Source: Acidimicrobiaceae bacterium (lineage in GTDB: Bacteria; Actinomycetota; Acidimicrobiia; Acidimicrobiales; Ilumatobacteraceae). Taken from it: a stretch of 56,264 bases of DNA. Of the stretch, positions 8,306-18,050 are shown piece by piece. A program made the translations under genes and the position numbers. Under the pieces are notes generated by a model. It saw only the letters and a program-made list of their open reading frames with translations, was not told where the DNA came from and searched no databases. The stretch is taken from positions 1 to 56,264 of the forward strand of contig CANHST010000001.1 of the NCBI GenBank assembly GCA_947463235.1, given 5' to 3'. How positions within the stretch are numbered: the first letter of the stretch is position 1; each line of letters begins with the position of its first letter.

Positions 8306-8833
8306 TCAGTCTTTCCGGGCCAGCACGATGGCGCCGATGACGGCGGCGAGCAGGACGAACGACAGCGCCCAGAAGGGCAGCAGATACGGCTTGAAGATCA
8401 GGTCGCTGATGGCTGCGGTGTCCTGCGGCTTGGCACCGTTGCCGGTGGTGGCGGCGATCTTGTCGTCGGAGAAGCCCTTCAACAGCACATAGGCCAGCAC
8501 CCCGAAGAGCAACAGCGCCACGGGAGCGGCGACCACTGCGTTCTTGTTGTTCACCTCGGCGTCCTTGCCGACCTGCGCACGGGTGAGCATCACACCGAAG
8601 AGGAACAGCACCATGACGGCGCCGATGTACACGAGCACCTGGGTGACGGCAACGAACTCGGCGGACAGCAGCACGTAGTTCGCTGCAGCACCAGCCATCA
8701 CGACCACGAGCGACAGCGCTGCGTGCACGACGTTGCGAGCGGCGATGACACCAACGCCAGCAATGATCATCGTCAGGGCGATGATGGCGAACCCGACGTT
8801 CTGGGCTACCTGGATGTCGGAGGCGAGCACCAT
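8306..8833 (-). CDS. nuoJ: NADH-quinone oxidoreductase subunit J
   Basis: 175 aa from ATG 8831-8833, which forms an ATGA overlap with the nuoI stop. Sequence [43 protein letters not shown] is typical of NuoJ. Confidence 0.88.
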   Translation of the reverse strand: MVLASDIQVAQNVGFAIIALTMIIAGVGVIAARNVVHAALSLVVVMAGAAANYVLLSAEFVAVTQVLVYIGAVMVLFLFGVMLTRAQVGKDAEVNNKNAVVAAPVALLLFGVLAYVLLKGFSDDKIAATTGNGAKPQDTAAISDLIFKPYLLPFWALSFVLLAAVIGAIVLARKD

Positions 8834-9354
8834 CACTTGCCCTTCTTCTTCTCGGCGCCAGCCTCGAGCGCAGGCGCCTCGGGCACGGTTTCCATCCACT
8901 CGCCCAACTTGGTCTTGTCGTGGAGCAGATCGGCGATCTTGGGCTCGGAGTACTCGTACTCGGGGCTCCAGAACAGCGCATCGAACGGGCAGACCTCCAC
9001 GCAGATGCCGCAGTACATGCACAGCGCGTAATCGATGTCGAAACGGTCGAGCTTGTTCACCTTGCGAGGCGCGCCACCCGCGCGGCGCGGCGGCGCAAGT
9101 TCCTTGTGGCCCTCAATGTAGATGCACCAGTCGGGGCAGCTACGGGCACAGAGCATGCACGAGGTGCAGTTGTCTTCGCGCAGAGCGATCACACCGCGCG
9201 CACGCAGCGGCGGGGTCTCCTTCTCATGCGGGTACTGCACCGTGGCCGAGCCGCCGCCGAGCTTCCTCGGCTTCAGCGTCTGGGCCATCGTGTTCAGAGT
9301 GACGCCGAGGCCCTTGAGCAGACCGGGCACCTGCGGTTTCTTCGGAGCTGCCAT
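8833..9354 (-). CDS. nuoI: NADH-quinone oxidoreductase subunit I (2x[4Fe-4S])
   Basis: 173 aa with two CxxCxxCxxxCP motifs: [12 protein letters not shown] and [12 protein letters not shown]. Confidence 0.93.
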   Translation of the reverse strand: MAAPKKPQVPGLLKGLGVTLNTMAQTLKPRKLGGGSATVQYPHEKETPPLRARGVIALREDNCTSCMLCARSCPDWCIYIEGHKELAPPRRAGGAPRKVNKLDRFDIDYALCMYCGICVEVCPFDALFWSPEYEYSEPKIADLLHDKTKLGEWMETVPEAPALEAGAEKKKGK

Positions 9355-10406
9355 CAGAACGCAACCTTCAGGATCGCAGTGAGCATGATGTTGAGGAGCG
9401 ACACCGGGATGAGCACCTTCCAGGCGAAGCGTTGCAGCTGATCCTCACGGAAGCGGGGGTAGCTGAACCGCACCCACATGATGATGCCCGAGAGCACCAT
9501 CATCTTCGTGATCATGATGATCGGGCCGGCGACGTTCATCCAGTTGTCGACGCTGCCGGTGGCGGCATCCCAGCCGAACCAGCTGAACGGCACACCCCAG
9601 CCACCAAGGAACAACACGCTGGCGATCAGGGAGAACACACCGGCGGTGGCGAACTCGGCAATGAAGAAGATGAGGAAGCGGAAGCCGGAGTATTCCGTCA
9701 TGTAGCCAGACACGAGTTCGGATTCTGCGATCGGCATGTCGAACGGCGTCTGGGTGAGTTCGGCCTGCACGGCGATCATGAAGATCGCGAAGCCGATGAA
9801 CTGCGTGAGGATGTAGGGGTTGCCCAAGCCATCCCAGCCGAAGATGCTGTCGCTGTTCTGCTTCACCACGATCTGCTGGAGATTCATGGTGCCCGCCTGG
9901 ATGACCACGCCGAGCACGGCGAGCACCATCGGCAGTTCGTAGGCGATGAGCTGACCTGCAGCGCGGAGGCCACCGAGCAGCGAGTACTTGTTGGCGGAAC
10001 TCCAGCCGGCCATGAGGATGCCGAGCGTGCTGATGCTGCTGACGGCGAGCATGTAGAAGACGCCGGCATCGAAGTTCGTGAAGTAGGCGTCGGGGCCGAA
10101 GGGCACCACGGCCACGAGCAAGAAGGTGCTCACCAGCACCACCAGCGGCGCCATGCGGTAGATGCGCTTGTCGGCACCGTCGGGGGCGAGGTCTTCCTTC
10201 TGCAGCCACTTGCCCACTTCGGCGAAGAGCTGCATGGAGCCATAGGGGCCGGCTTCCATCGGGCCGAGGCGGCTCTGCATGAAGCTCATCATCTTGAACA
10301 GGAACAGGTACACGATGGTGCCCGCAGGCAACAGCACCGCCACCGTGCCACCGAGCACGCGCAACAGCGACTGTGCCCAGTAGGGAAGATCAACAGCGAG
10401 CATCAC
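9354..10406 (-). CDS. nuoH: NADH-quinone oxidoreductase subunit H
   Basis: 350-aa polytopic protein in NuoH position, with [27 protein letters not shown]. Confidence 0.93.
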   Translation of the reverse strand: MMLAVDLPYWAQSLLRVLGGTVAVLLPAGTIVYLFLFKMMSFMQSRLGPMEAGPYGSMQLFAEVGKWLQKEDLAPDGADKRIYRMAPLVVLVSTFLLVAVVPFGPDAYFTNFDAGVFYMLAVSSISTLGILMAGWSSANKYSLLGGLRAAGQLIAYELPMVLAVLGVVIQAGTMNLQQIVVKQNSDSIFGWDGLGNPYILTQFIGFAIFMIAVQAELTQTPFDMPIAESELVSGYMTEYSGFRFLIFFIAEFATAGVFSLIASVLFLGGWGVPFSWFGWDAATGSVDNWMNVAGPIIMITKMMVLSGIIMWVRFSYPRFREDQLQRFAWKVLIPVSLLNIMLTAILKVAF

Positions 10407-11575
10407 CGGTCAATGTCTCCCAGGATGAAGTACAACGACGCCAGGATGGAGATGACGTCGGGGACGTACACGCCACGCAGCACCCACGGCACGATGGAGA
10501 TGTTGTTGAAGCTGGCCGAGCGGATCTTCACCCGGAACGGGCCAAGGTCGCCCTTGCTCACCACGTAGTAACCCATCTCGCCAAGCGGGTTCTCGGTGCT
10601 CACCCATGCTTCGCCTTCGGGCACCTTGATGATGCGCGGCACCTTGGCCATGATCGGGCCGCTGGGCATGGTGTCGAGCAGTTGGTCCACGATGAGCGTG
10701 GACTCACGGGTCTCCTGCAGGCGAATCCAGCAACGGGCGAAGCTGTCGCCGTCGGGGTGGGTCCAGACCTTCCAGTCGACCTTGTCGTAGGCGAGCGGCA
10801 GGCTCTGGTCGCGACGAAGGTCCCAGTCCACGCCGCTGGCGCGCAGGTTGGCGCCGCTGAGGCCGTACTGCTTGGCCACTTCAGCGGGAATCACGCCGAT
10901 GCCGCGCAGGCGGCTCTGGAAGATCTCGTTGCCGAACAGCAGGTCTTCCATCTCGGTGCAGAAGTTGCGGAGCTTCTTCATCACCTGCTTGGTCTCGGCG
11001 ATCCAGCCGGCCGGCAGATCGTCCTTGAGGCCGCCGATGCGGTCGAAGTTCGGGTGGAACCGGCCGCCCGTGGCTCCCTCGATGAGGTTCAGCACGTGCT
11101 CGCGATCTCGGAAGGCCATGAACACCGGGGTGACGGCACCGAGCTGCACGCCCAGGTCGCCGAGGAACAGACCCACGTTGGCGATGCGGCTGAGCTCGAA
11201 CAGGATGGTGCGGATCCATTGCGCACGCGGCGGCGCTTCGATCTCCATCAGCTTCTCGGCGGCCAGGATGAACGGCACTTCATTGGCGAAGCTGCCCAGC
11301 CAGTCGATGCGGTTCACCAGTGCGGTGACCTGCGGGAAGGTGCGCACCTCGGTGAGCTTCTCGTAGCCGCGATGCATGTAGCCGGCGCTGGGCTCGGCCC
11401 ACACCACCTGCTCGCCGTCGAGGCGAACGATGATGCGCAGCGTGCCGTGCGTGGCCGGGTGCTGGGGGCCGATGTTGAGGGTCATGCCCTCGGTCTCGAG
11501 CTCCACGTTCAGACGAGCATCGGCGGCCTGTGCCGCGATGTAGCTGAGCTTCTGGCGATCGGCGAGATCGGTCAC
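10403..11575 (-). CDS. nuoD: NADH-quinone oxidoreductase subunit D
   Basis: Contains NIGPQHPATHGTLRIIV and HRGYEKL motifs. Start placed at GTG 11573-11575, a GTGA overlap with the nuoC stop. The ATG at 11638 would overlap nuoC by 67 nt. Confidence 0.9.
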   Translation of the reverse strand: MTDLADRQKLSYIAAQAADARLNVELETEGMTLNIGPQHPATHGTLRIIVRLDGEQVVWAEPSAGYMHRGYEKLTEVRTFPQVTALVNRIDWLGSFANEVPFILAAEKLMEIEAPPRAQWIRTILFELSRIANVGLFLGDLGVQLGAVTPVFMAFRDREHVLNLIEGATGGRFHPNFDRIGGLKDDLPAGWIAETKQVMKKLRNFCTEMEDLLFGNEIFQSRLRGIGVIPAEVAKQYGLSGANLRASGVDWDLRRDQSLPLAYDKVDWKVWTHPDGDSFARCWIRLQETRESTLIVDQLLDTMPSGPIMAKVPRIIKVPEGEAWVSTENPLGEMGYYVVSKGDLGPFRVKIRSASFNNISIVPWVLRGVYVPDVISILASLYFILGDIDR

Positions 11576-12240
11576 GAGGCTTCTCCCTCTTCTGCGTCGT
11601 CGCCGGGCAACGGCTCCACATCCACGATGCCGGGCCACGGCTTCACGAGACGCGCCAGCAGCGGGAAGTCCTTACGCAACGGGTGCCCCTCGAAATCGGT
11701 GGGCAGGTACATGTTCCGAAGATCGGGGTGGCCGTTGAAACCGATGCCGAACATCTCGTGGCATTCGCGTTCGTGCCAGTTGGCACCGGCATACACCGGG
11801 ATCCAGCTGTCGATGGCCGGAGCATCGTCGGCCACATCGGCCTTGATGGTGACGCCGAAATGCTTCGACAGGTTGGTGACTCGGGCGAACACCTGCATAC
11901 GGGTGTCGCCGCCGGCGTAGCCCTGCTTGATCGTGGAATCGCGCTCGGGCGCCGGCGCTGTGGGGTCGTCCTCGCCGCGGCCGAACGGGCTGGGCATCCA
12001 GTCGATGCCGGAGAGGAAGCAGAAGTAGTCGCAGCCGACGGTGTCGCGCAGCACGTGACCGGCCTGCACCCACGCATCGGTGCGCACGCGCACCCAGACG
12101 TCGTCGTTCGGCTTGATCAGCGAATCCAGCAATGCGTCGCCGAGGGCGTCGCGCAGCGCCTGCACTACGCCTTCGCGAAGGGCATCGCCCGGCAACGCTG
12201 CCAGTTCCTGGGTTGCAGCATCGTCACTCAACGGGGCCAC
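11572..12240 (-). CDS. nuoC: NADH-quinone oxidoreductase subunit C
   Basis: Motif [37 protein letters not shown]. The start is uncertain: GTG at 12240, or TTG at 12231 which has better spacing from a GGGAGG. The track ATG at 12453 lies deep inside nuoB. Confidence 0.85.
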   Translation of the reverse strand: MAPLSDDAATQELAALPGDALREGVVQALRDALGDALLDSLIKPNDDVWVRVRTDAWVQAGHVLRDTVGCDYFCFLSGIDWMPSPFGRGEDDPTAPAPERDSTIKQGYAGGDTRMQVFARVTNLSKHFGVTIKADVADDAPAIDSWIPVYAGANWHERECHEMFGIGFNGHPDLRNMYLPTDFEGHPLRKDFPLLARLVKPWPGIVDVEPLPGDDAEEGEAS

Positions 12241-12763
12241 CTCCCACCACGATGGGCTCGCGTACGAGCGGCACCATGCCCTCGCCGCGCCAACGGGCGC
12301 CCATGTCTTCGTTCTTGATGCGCTGCTGCAGCAGCACGACGCCTTCGAGCAACGCCTCGGGCCGCGGCGGGCAGCCGGGCACGTAGACATCCACGGGGAT
12401 GATCTGGTCGACACCCTTGGTGACCGAGTAGCTGTCCCAGTAGGGGCCGCCACAGTTGGCGCACGAACCCATGCTGATGACGTACTTCGGCTCGGGCATC
12501 TGCTCGTACAAACGCTTGATGGCCGGGGCCATCTTGTCGGTGACGGTGCCGGAGATGACCACTAGGTCGGCCTGACGCGGGCTGGCGGGCAACGGAATGA
12601 CGCCGAGACGCATCACGTCGTAGCGGGGCGAAGCGAACGCCGCGCCCATCTCGATGGCGCAGCAGGCGAGGCCCCACTGGTACACCCACAGGCTGTAGGA
12701 ACGGCCCAGGTTGAACAGGGACGTGAGTGGCTTGGGCAGACGCCCCTTGTCGACGAGACCCAT
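12224..12763 (-). CDS. nuoB: NADH-quinone oxidoreductase subunit B (N2 cluster)
   Basis: 179 aa from ATG 12761-12763 with [19 protein letters not shown] and VPGCPPRPE cysteine motifs. Confidence 0.93.
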   Translation of the reverse strand: MGLVDKGRLPKPLTSLFNLGRSYSLWVYQWGLACCAIEMGAAFASPRYDVMRLGVIPLPASPRQADLVVISGTVTDKMAPAIKRLYEQMPEPKYVISMGSCANCGGPYWDSYSVTKGVDQIIPVDVYVPGCPPRPEALLEGVVLLQQRIKNEDMGARWRGEGMVPLVREPIVVGGGPVE

Positions 12764-12767
12764 GCGG

Positions 12768-13133
12768 TTACACCCAGCGAAGAACGCCCTTGCGCCACGC
12801 GTACACGAGGCCAAGGAGCAGGACGAAGACGAAGATGGCCATTTCAACCAGACCCGTCGTGGAATAGCGCTCGAGCTGGGTGGCCCACGGGAACATGAAG
12901 ACTGCTTCCACGTCGAACACCACGAACAGCAACGCAAAGATGTAGTAGCGCACCTGGCTCTGCGACCAACCGTCGCCAACGGGGTTCACGCCGCTCTCGT
13001 ACGCCATGCTCTTCTGCTTCGAAGGCTTGTTCGGACGGATGAGGGCAGAGATGCCGAGGAGCAGGCCGGCCAGCACAAGTGCGATGGCGGCGAACCACAC
13101 CACGGTGAGGTAATCGCGCAGGAATTCGGACAT
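12768..13133 (-). CDS. nuoA: NADH-quinone oxidoreductase subunit A
   Basis: 121 aa with three TM helices and YESGVNP and FDVE motifs. First gene of the nuo string. Confidence 0.92.
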   Translation of the reverse strand: MSEFLRDYLTVVWFAAIALVLAGLLLGISALIRPNKPSKQKSMAYESGVNPVGDGWSQSQVRYYIFALLFVVFDVEAVFMFPWATQLERYSTTGLVEMAIFVFVLLLGLVYAWRKGVLRWV

Positions 13134-13154
13134 CGGGCAGGACGCTACTACGCG

Positions 13155-13172
13155 TTGTGAATCCCATCACAA
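13155..13172. promoter_or_regulatory. Rex-type operator candidate upstream of nuoA (11-subunit operon)
   Basis: TTGTGAATCCCATCACAA matches the Rex consensus TTGTGAA-N4-TTCACAA at 13 of 14 specified positions. It lies 22 nt upstream of the nuoA start, in the 48-nt gap after the preceding gene. Confidence 0.65.
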
Positions 13173-13181
13173 ATGGTGCGG

Positions 13182-14555
13182 TCAGGTGGGCGGAAGTGCC
13201 TGGGTGGCGTCGAGCCAACCAGCCATTCCCGCAGCGATCTGGCCACTGGTCATACCGCCGGCGTAGAACGCACCGGATCGCGCCGCGGTTCCTCGGTGCG
13301 CCGCCGCATGGTCGATGGCTTCGGCCAGATCGACACGGAACTTGTCGATCACCCCCGGTTGGGTGTTCGGGCGGGTGATGCAGAAGTGCACCGCGTTCGG
13401 CTTCTGCACACCGTTGAGCCGCCAGCGACGTGTGGCCAAGAAGTCGTTCACGAGGAAGATGTCGAGTCCGCTCTCCTCGGTGGTGGTGAAGGCCACGTTG
13501 AAGTAGGGATCGCCCATGACGCGCAGTTCGGGGAACGAGGCGACCACCTCGCGCAGTTCGGCGGCGGTGCGGAAGATGTCGGCGGCAATGGCCAGATAGC
13601 CCTCACGGCCGAGCGACACCATCGAGGCCCACGCCGAGGCGATGATGCCGCCCGAGCGCGAGCCGCTCATTCCCGGGGAGGTGTAGAGGCCACCCGGCCA
13701 GTCAGGGACGATGAAGTACTGCAGCCGGCGCAGTTCGGGTGTGCGGTACAGGAGCACGCTCGAGCCCTTCAAGCCGAACCCGTACTTGTGCGTGTCGGCG
13801 CTGATCGAGGTGACCCCGGGAAGTCGGAAATCGAATGTGGGCACGGGATAGCCGAGGTCTTGACCCCAGGCCAGGATGAACCCTCCCAGGCAGCCGTCGA
13901 CGTGCAAGTTGATGCCTCGCTCCAGCGCAAGATCCGACAGTTGGTCGATCGGGTCGATCAGCCCGTGCGGGTAAGTGCCTGCCGAACCGGCCAACGCCAC
14001 CGTGTTCTCATCCACCAGCGATCGCACTGAATCCATGTCGGCCACGAACTGGTCGGTGACCTCAGCCAAGCGCACCTCGATGCCGAAGTAGTGCGCTCCC
14101 TTCAACAGTCCAGGGTGGGCCGTGACGGGCATCACCAGGTTCGGGTTCGTGATGCCACGCTCGCGACCCCACTCGCGGTACACGAGCAGGGGGTTCATCA
14201 GACTCTCGGTGCCGCCGCTGGTGAGCACACCGCAACCGGTGCCCCCGGGAATGGCGTCGCCGTGCATCATGTCGAGTGTCATGGCGATGATCTCGCCTTC
14301 GAAGCGGGTGGCGCTGGGATACATGTCGCGCTGCAGCACGTTGGCGTGGCTGTAGTGACCGAACACCTCGTTGAGGAACGCGTAGTGCGCATCGTCACCC
14401 GAGTAGATGGAGCCGCTGATCTTGCCCTCGTGGTACGGCGAGTCCTCCACCTCCGACATCGCCTCGATCTCGGCGAGGATTTCGGCCCGGGGCCGACCGT
14501 GCTCAGGGAAGTTGCGAACGACCGGGAATCGATCGGCGTACGGATACAGGCCCAT
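13182..14555 (-). CDS. PLP-dependent enzyme, sphingosine-1-phosphate-lyase-like subfamily of group II decarboxylases
   Basis: Contains SISADTHKYGFGLKGSSVLLYR, the PLP-lysine motif shared with S1P lyases such as yeast Dpl1 (from memory). ATG at 14553-14555 is preceded by AAGGAG at 6-nt spacing, preferred over the TTG at 14573. Confidence 0.8.
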   Translation of the reverse strand: MGLYPYADRFPVVRNFPEHGRPRAEILAEIEAMSEVEDSPYHEGKISGSIYSGDDAHYAFLNEVFGHYSHANVLQRDMYPSATRFEGEIIAMTLDMMHGDAIPGGTGCGVLTSGGTESLMNPLLVYREWGRERGITNPNLVMPVTAHPGLLKGAHYFGIEVRLAEVTDQFVADMDSVRSLVDENTVALAGSAGTYPHGLIDPIDQLSDLALERGINLHVDGCLGGFILAWGQDLGYPVPTFDFRLPGVTSISADTHKYGFGLKGSSVLLYRTPELRRLQYFIVPDWPGGLYTSPGMSGSRSGGIIASAWASMVSLGREGYLAIAADIFRTAAELREVVASFPELRVMGDPYFNVAFTTTEESGLDIFLVNDFLATRRWRLNGVQKPNAVHFCITRPNTQPGVIDKFRVDLAEAIDHAAAHRGTAARSGAFYAGGMTSGQIAAGMAGWLDATQALPPT

Positions 14556-14625
14556 GGGTGGCTCCTTCAGCAACGCGTCGGCGCACGCGTCATGCCGACA
14601 GACTGTCAGGTGCTACACCATCCGC

Positions 14626-15537
14626 ATGAGTCCTGAGCACTTGGCCCTGCTTGCGTCGCGAGTACCTGCCTGGGCGGGCCGCGATGTGGCCATCGCTCCG
14701 CTGCACGGCGGCATCACCAACGCCAACTTCGTGGCCACCGTGGAGGGGCACCGGTTCGTGTTGCGAGTGCCGGGCGAACGCACCGAACTGCTCGGAATCG
14801 ACCGGCCCAACGAGGCCGAGGCCGCCGCCCGCGCTGCGGAACTGGGCATCGGACCACCCATTGCGGGGGTGCTACCCGAGGTGGGCACGCTCATCACCGA
14901 GTTGGTGCCCGGCGAGCACCTCGATCCGGTCCCGTTCATGGAACGCCTCCACGACGTGGTGAGCCTGCTGCGTCGGTTCCACCACAGCGGTGCGCTCAAG
15001 GGGACATTCCCCATCCATCGGGTGGTGGAGTGGCACGCCCGCGATGCAGCGCTCCACGGGGTGCAGCCGCCCGCCGCCTACGACCGGCTGCACGAACAGA
15101 GCACACGCATCGAAACCGCGTTCGCTGTCGCTCCGTCGGCGCCGGTGCCGTGCCACAACGACCTGCTGCCAGCCAACGTGCTGTTCGACCATCGCGACGG
15201 TCGGGCTTGGCTGCTCGACTTCGAGTACGCCGGGATGAACGATCGCTGTTTCGACCTCGGCAACCTCAGCGTGAACTGCGGCTTCGACGACGACGCCGAC
15301 GAAGCAATGCTGCGCGCCTACTTCGGAGAGGTCACCCCTGCACGCTGGGCGCGCCTGCAGCTGATGAAGATGATGAGCGAGTTCCGCGAGGGCATGTGGG
15401 CGGTGGTGCAGCAGGCCATCAGCACGCTCGACACCGACTTCGTGAGCTATGCCGATGAACGACTGGGTAACTGCGAACGATTGGCCGCGCTGCCGTCGTT
15501 CGAGCAGTGGCTCGCCGACGCCGCACACCCGGTCTGA
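14626..15537 (+). CDS. choline/ethanolamine-kinase-like phosphotransferase (APH/ChoK fold)
   Basis: 303 aa from internal ATG 14626. Has Brenner motif CHNDLLPANVL and choline-kinase-type motif LLDFEYAGMNDRCFDLGN. The upstream track extension overlaps the divergent gene. Confidence 0.8.
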   Translation: MSPEHLALLASRVPAWAGRDVAIAPLHGGITNANFVATVEGHRFVLRVPGERTELLGIDRPNEAEAAARAAELGIGPPIAGVLPEVGTLITELVPGEHLDPVPFMERLHDVVSLLRRFHHSGALKGTFPIHRVVEWHARDAALHGVQPPAAYDRLHEQSTRIETAFAVAPSAPVPCHNDLLPANVLFDHRDGRAWLLDFEYAGMNDRCFDLGNLSVNCGFDDDADEAMLRAYFGEVTPARWARLQLMKMMSEFREGMWAVVQQAISTLDTDFVSYADERLGNCERLAALPSFEQWLADAAHPV

Positions 15538-15542
15538 ACGCG

Positions 15543-15576
15543 GACGAGCCGACCCGGTTGCCCGGGTCGGCTCGTC
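15543..15576. terminator. bidirectional stem-loop between convergent genes
   Basis: Perfect 15-bp inverted repeat gacgagccgacccgg / ccgggtcggctcgtc with a 4-nt loop (ttgc). It sits between the stop at 15537 (+) and the stop at 15601 (-). Confidence 0.7.
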
Positions 15577-15600
15577 GCAACGTGCGAGTTGTTCAGACGG

Positions 15601-17259
15601 TCAGTCGACCGCGCGACCGTGCTCGACGGCATCGAGTTCACGCTCGATGGCACGCAACTCTTCAGGCGTACCCTGCACCTTCGGGCCGGTGAACCACTTG
15701 CGGCCGCTGAAACGCCAGTAGCCGAGCACGAATGCAGCGGCCAGCAGGATGAGCGGTCCAGTGAAGTTGAAGTTGTTCACCTTGTAGAAGCCGGAGAACG
15801 TGCCGTCGGCGTTCATGATCAGGTTGTCGGAACCCCAGATCTTCCAGAACGGCCAGAACACGGGGGCCACGAACAGCACCGAGATGAACACGATCCATGC
15901 CAGAGCGGTCCAGCCCACGACCTTGTGGTGCCCCTTCAGGTTCCACGGGCCCGTCTTGAAATCGGGGTTGGTGAGACGCAGGTAGATCGGGATGGCATAC
16001 GAGATGTACAGACCGATCACGCAGATACCGGTGAGCGCGAAGAACGCCGTGGAGAAGCCGCCCTTCTGGTACAGCGACAAGGTGCCGACCAGCGCTGCCA
16101 GAACCACACCCAACCACACCGAGTTGGTTGGCGTACGGGTCTTCTTGTTGATCTTGTGCCAGATCTTCGAGCCGGGCAGCGCACCGTCGCGGCTGAATGC
16201 GTAGATCATTCGGCTGTTCGCCGTCACCGATGCAAGGCCGCAGAAGAACTGCCCCACCACCGCGATGAACACCAAGAGTTTGGCTGCGCCCGAACCAACG
16301 GCGCTGGAAATGAGGCGAGGTGCCGCGTTCACCAGGAACGTGTCGCCACCACCGCCGAACGCAATGGCCACGTAGCCATCGACGTCTTCCTTCTTCGGCA
16401 TGGCGGCGATCATCGCCAGGTTCATCACCAGCGCGGCGATGGCCGAGATGTAGATCGACCGAACGATGGCCTTCGGGGCCTCGGTGCGAGCACCGACGGT
16501 CTCTTCACTTACGTGAGCCGAGGCATCGAAACCGGTGATGGTGTACTGCGCCAACAGCAGGCCGAGACCGAACAGGTAGATCGTCACGAAGAGTCCACCG
16601 GTCCAACCGGTGAGGCCGGGAGGCGCTGCGTCGAACGCGCCGCCGATGCCACGCTTGTTCGAGGGAGCGATGAAAAGGAAGCCGGCGATGATGACCACGC
16701 CGACCACATGCCACCACACGCTGATGTCGCCGAAGACCTTCACCAGGTTCACGCTGAAGGTGTTCAGCAGACCATGCACGATGAGCACAGCGAGATAGAT
16801 GAAGAAGATGTTCCACGAGGTGAGCGCGAACCCATCGTCGAACATGCGGATGAAGTACCCGATGAAGATGGCCAACGCGTAGTCCACGCTGGCGATCACG
16901 CCGATCTGTCCGATCAGGTTGAAGTAGCCGGTGAACCATGCCCAACGAGCCTGATTCTTCCGGGCCAGCTTGGCCGACCAGTAGTAGAGGCCACCGGCCG
17001 TCGGATACGCCGAGCAAATCTCGCCCATGGCCATACCGACGAGCAGCGCGAAGCCGCCGACGATGATCCAGCCGAGCGTGATCACCCGCGGTCCGGACGT
17101 GACCATGCCGAGCCAGAAGCTCGTCATGCCGCCGGCCAGGATCGAGATGATCGAGAAGCTGATGGCGAAGTTACTGAACGTACTCATGCCGCGATGCAGC
17201 TCCTGGGCATAGCCCATGGAGTGGAGATGCTCGCGGTCCTCGTCCACGGTGTCGGCCAT
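15601..17259 (-). CDS. APC-superfamily amino acid/amine permease
   Basis: 552 aa from ATG 17257-17259, with upstream AAGGGGG. About 12 hydrophobic helices; N-terminus HRGMSTFSNFAISFSIISILAG is typical of APC permeases. Confidence 0.85.
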   Translation of the reverse strand: MADTVDEDREHLHSMGYAQELHRGMSTFSNFAISFSIISILAGGMTSFWLGMVTSGPRVITLGWIIVGGFALLVGMAMGEICSAYPTAGGLYYWSAKLARKNQARWAWFTGYFNLIGQIGVIASVDYALAIFIGYFIRMFDDGFALTSWNIFFIYLAVLIVHGLLNTFSVNLVKVFGDISVWWHVVGVVIIAGFLFIAPSNKRGIGGAFDAAPPGLTGWTGGLFVTIYLFGLGLLLAQYTITGFDASAHVSEETVGARTEAPKAIVRSIYISAIAALVMNLAMIAAMPKKEDVDGYVAIAFGGGGDTFLVNAAPRLISSAVGSGAAKLLVFIAVVGQFFCGLASVTANSRMIYAFSRDGALPGSKIWHKINKKTRTPTNSVWLGVVLAALVGTLSLYQKGGFSTAFFALTGICVIGLYISYAIPIYLRLTNPDFKTGPWNLKGHHKVVGWTALAWIVFISVLFVAPVFWPFWKIWGSDNLIMNADGTFSGFYKVNNFNFTGPLILLAAAFVLGYWRFSGRKWFTGPKVQGTPEELRAIERELDAVEHGRAVD

Positions 17260-17328
17260 GGATACCCCCTTGTGGTTCAGGAATGTGAAGGCGTCCGCCT
17301 CCCCCAAAGCCCCTCGGGGTGGCACACG

Positions 17329-18030
17329 TCACTGTGTGCTTATCACATCCACAAATGCACTCTGAGTGACCGACTCGCAGAACCAGTCGACGAGCCGCTC
17401 GGCGTTCGGGCGGCTGTGCGCCACCGCTGCCTGCGTGGCCGCAATCAGCTCAGCAGGGCTGGAACCGATGCGCAACAGTTCCTCTTCACCGAAACCGGTG
17501 GCCCAGCGACGGATCACACCTTCGTGCACTTCCGGGTGGAACTGTGTGCTGAACATGCGTCCGAGTTGCCAGGCCTGCGGGCCCGAGGCGGTGCGAGCCA
17601 ACTCGGTGGCGTGCGGCGGCAGGGTGACCACGTCGTAGTGCCACTCCATCCACGGGCCAGCGGCGACAACATCGGGCACATCGGTCTCGACGTTCTGCCA
17701 ACCGATCTCCACGATCTCGGCCTTGTGTGCATCGCCGCCGAACGCGTGGGCCATCACCTGATTGCCGAAGCAGATGCCGAACACGGGAATGCCGCGACGC
17801 GCTGCCTCGTGCAGCACCGCAACCTCCGCCTGCACCTTGTCGGCCACGTCGGGCCAGTAGACGCTCCACTCGCTACCTAGCAGCAGAATCAGTTCGTGGC
17901 CGTCGAGGGCCGGCCAGTCGCCGGGCGTTTCGCGATGGCACTCGTCGAATGAGTAGCCGTGATCGCGGAATCGGTCGCCGATGAAGCCCGGGTCGGTATC
18001 AGTGCCGTTGGCGATGAGCAGTGCACGCAT
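17329..18030 (-). CDS. class I glutamine amidotransferase-like protein
   Basis: 233 aa with nucleophile elbow PVFGICFGNQ and STQFHPE, the GATase1 Cys and His-Glu region. Confidence 0.8.
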   Translation of the reverse strand: MRALLIANGTDTDPGFIGDRFRDHGYSFDECHRETPGDWPALDGHELILLLGSEWSVYWPDVADKVQAEVAVLHEAARRGIPVFGICFGNQVMAHAFGGDAHKAEIVEIGWQNVETDVPDVVAAGPWMEWHYDVVTLPPHATELARTASGPQAWQLGRMFSTQFHPEVHEGVIRRWATGFGEEELLRIGSSPAELIAATQAAVAHSRPNAERLVDWFCESVTQSAFVDVISTQ

Positions 18031-18050
18031 TGGAACGACGGTACCAAGGC

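Noticed and set aside
17329-17360. Rex-like or CRP-like dyad tgtgtgcttatcacatccacaaa upstream of the permease gene.
   Set aside because: Half-site spacing and sequence do not fit TTGTGAA-N4-TTCACAA, and it lies inside the 3' end of the GATase gene.
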